A DNA stretch of 63,835 nt, the filler included, from Octopus bimaculoides (Eukaryota): NCBI RefSeq assembly GCF_001194135.2. It is 6 parts of 5 records of this genome, joined end to end, with 100 filler letters (N's around TTAATTAATTAA, not from the genome) between each part and the next. Parts side by side here need not be neighbours in the genome. Positions count along the whole stretch, not along the records: positions 62,544 to 63,835 come from NW_026439994.1; 5 more parts are not named here. The stretch is one strand, 5' to 3'. The notes beneath the pieces are model-generated. The model made no database searches. It was not told the origin of the DNA and worked only from the letters and a program-made list of their open reading frames with translations. This document shows, one piece after another, positions 63,230 to 63,835 of the stretch (positions within the stretch are counted from its first letter, which is position 1; every line of letters starts with the position of its first letter). The position numbers and the translations under genes are program-made.

Positions 63230-63660
63230 CGTTGATTAAGACTATTTATAATCAGAAGTTTTGCTTATAAAGAAAATTTCATTAATACATAACAAACATT
63301 TTCTATTTCTAGTANNNNNNNNNNATTAATACATAACAAACATTTTCTATTTCTAGTATTATATGCTGGTGCTGTTAATAATTTTCCAATGCAAATTATA
63401 GTTAATTCTCCCGACCTTTAGTTCCCATTTATAGTCACTTAATCCTGTACTATTTCTCCTATTTCTATTTCTAAAAGTATATTTGTGTTGATTCAGCCTC
63501 TGTTTCATATTGTTTTTGGTCGCTCCCACATATACCTTACTATCATATTTTATACTTACTATACATTGATACACTACCTCTTTTCTAATGTAGTTATTTT
63601 TGAATACACAATTACTGCTGATTCTACAATTTCATGTTTTAAGTAGCTGTGGGTGATAGT
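63230..63660 (-). mobile_element. Penelope-like GIY-YIG endonuclease fragment
   Basis: NCRISSNCVF, VYQC, VYVGAT, KQRLNQHK, STGLSDY, WKII and CLLCINE. Confidence 0.88.
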
Positions 63661-63792
63661 CATTACATTATTAGTACTGTGGCTATTGTTTATACCAATA
63701 ATNNNNNNNNNNGTCATTACATTATTAGTACTGTGGCTATTGTTTATACCAATAATGTTATTATTGTAGTTACTATTGTGATTGTTAGTAAT

Positions 63793-63835
<43 letters not shown>

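Overview
Eukaryotic, AT-rich, microsatellite-dense animal genomic DNA with many N gaps. The SINE families and repeat load look like an octopus genome; that assignment is from recall and is not verified. No intact protein-coding gene, rRNA, true tRNA gene or CRISPR array is supportable. The window is mostly transposon remnants. Non-LTR: CR1/Jockey-type, RTE, L1/Tx1, R4/Dong, HERO and CRE fragments, plus Penelope-like (PLE) pieces. DNA transposons: a near-complete dead mariner, mariner- and Tigger-derived MITEs, an internally deleted Tigger/pogo, a hAT end and a Helentron-type HINE. About 30 tRNA-derived SINE copies from about 4 families are also present. Five 100-nt spacers (44N-TTAATTAATTAA-44N) mark artificial scaffold joins, so continuity across 29.6, 44.8, 58.9, 60.8 and 62.5 kb is not guaranteed. 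The most interesting signals are: (i) several minimal type I hammerhead-ribozyme motifs with palindromic loop III, including a tRNA-headed element with a PLE-like tail and an inverted terminal arm; (ii) a sharp CpG-decay boundary near 21.3 kb, suggesting a methylated gene body next to a CpG-rich promoter at 22-23 kb; (iii) several long foldback/palindromic structures; (iv) a chain of R4/Dong-like elements separated by (TAA)n. Host-gene exons are only low-confidence candidates.
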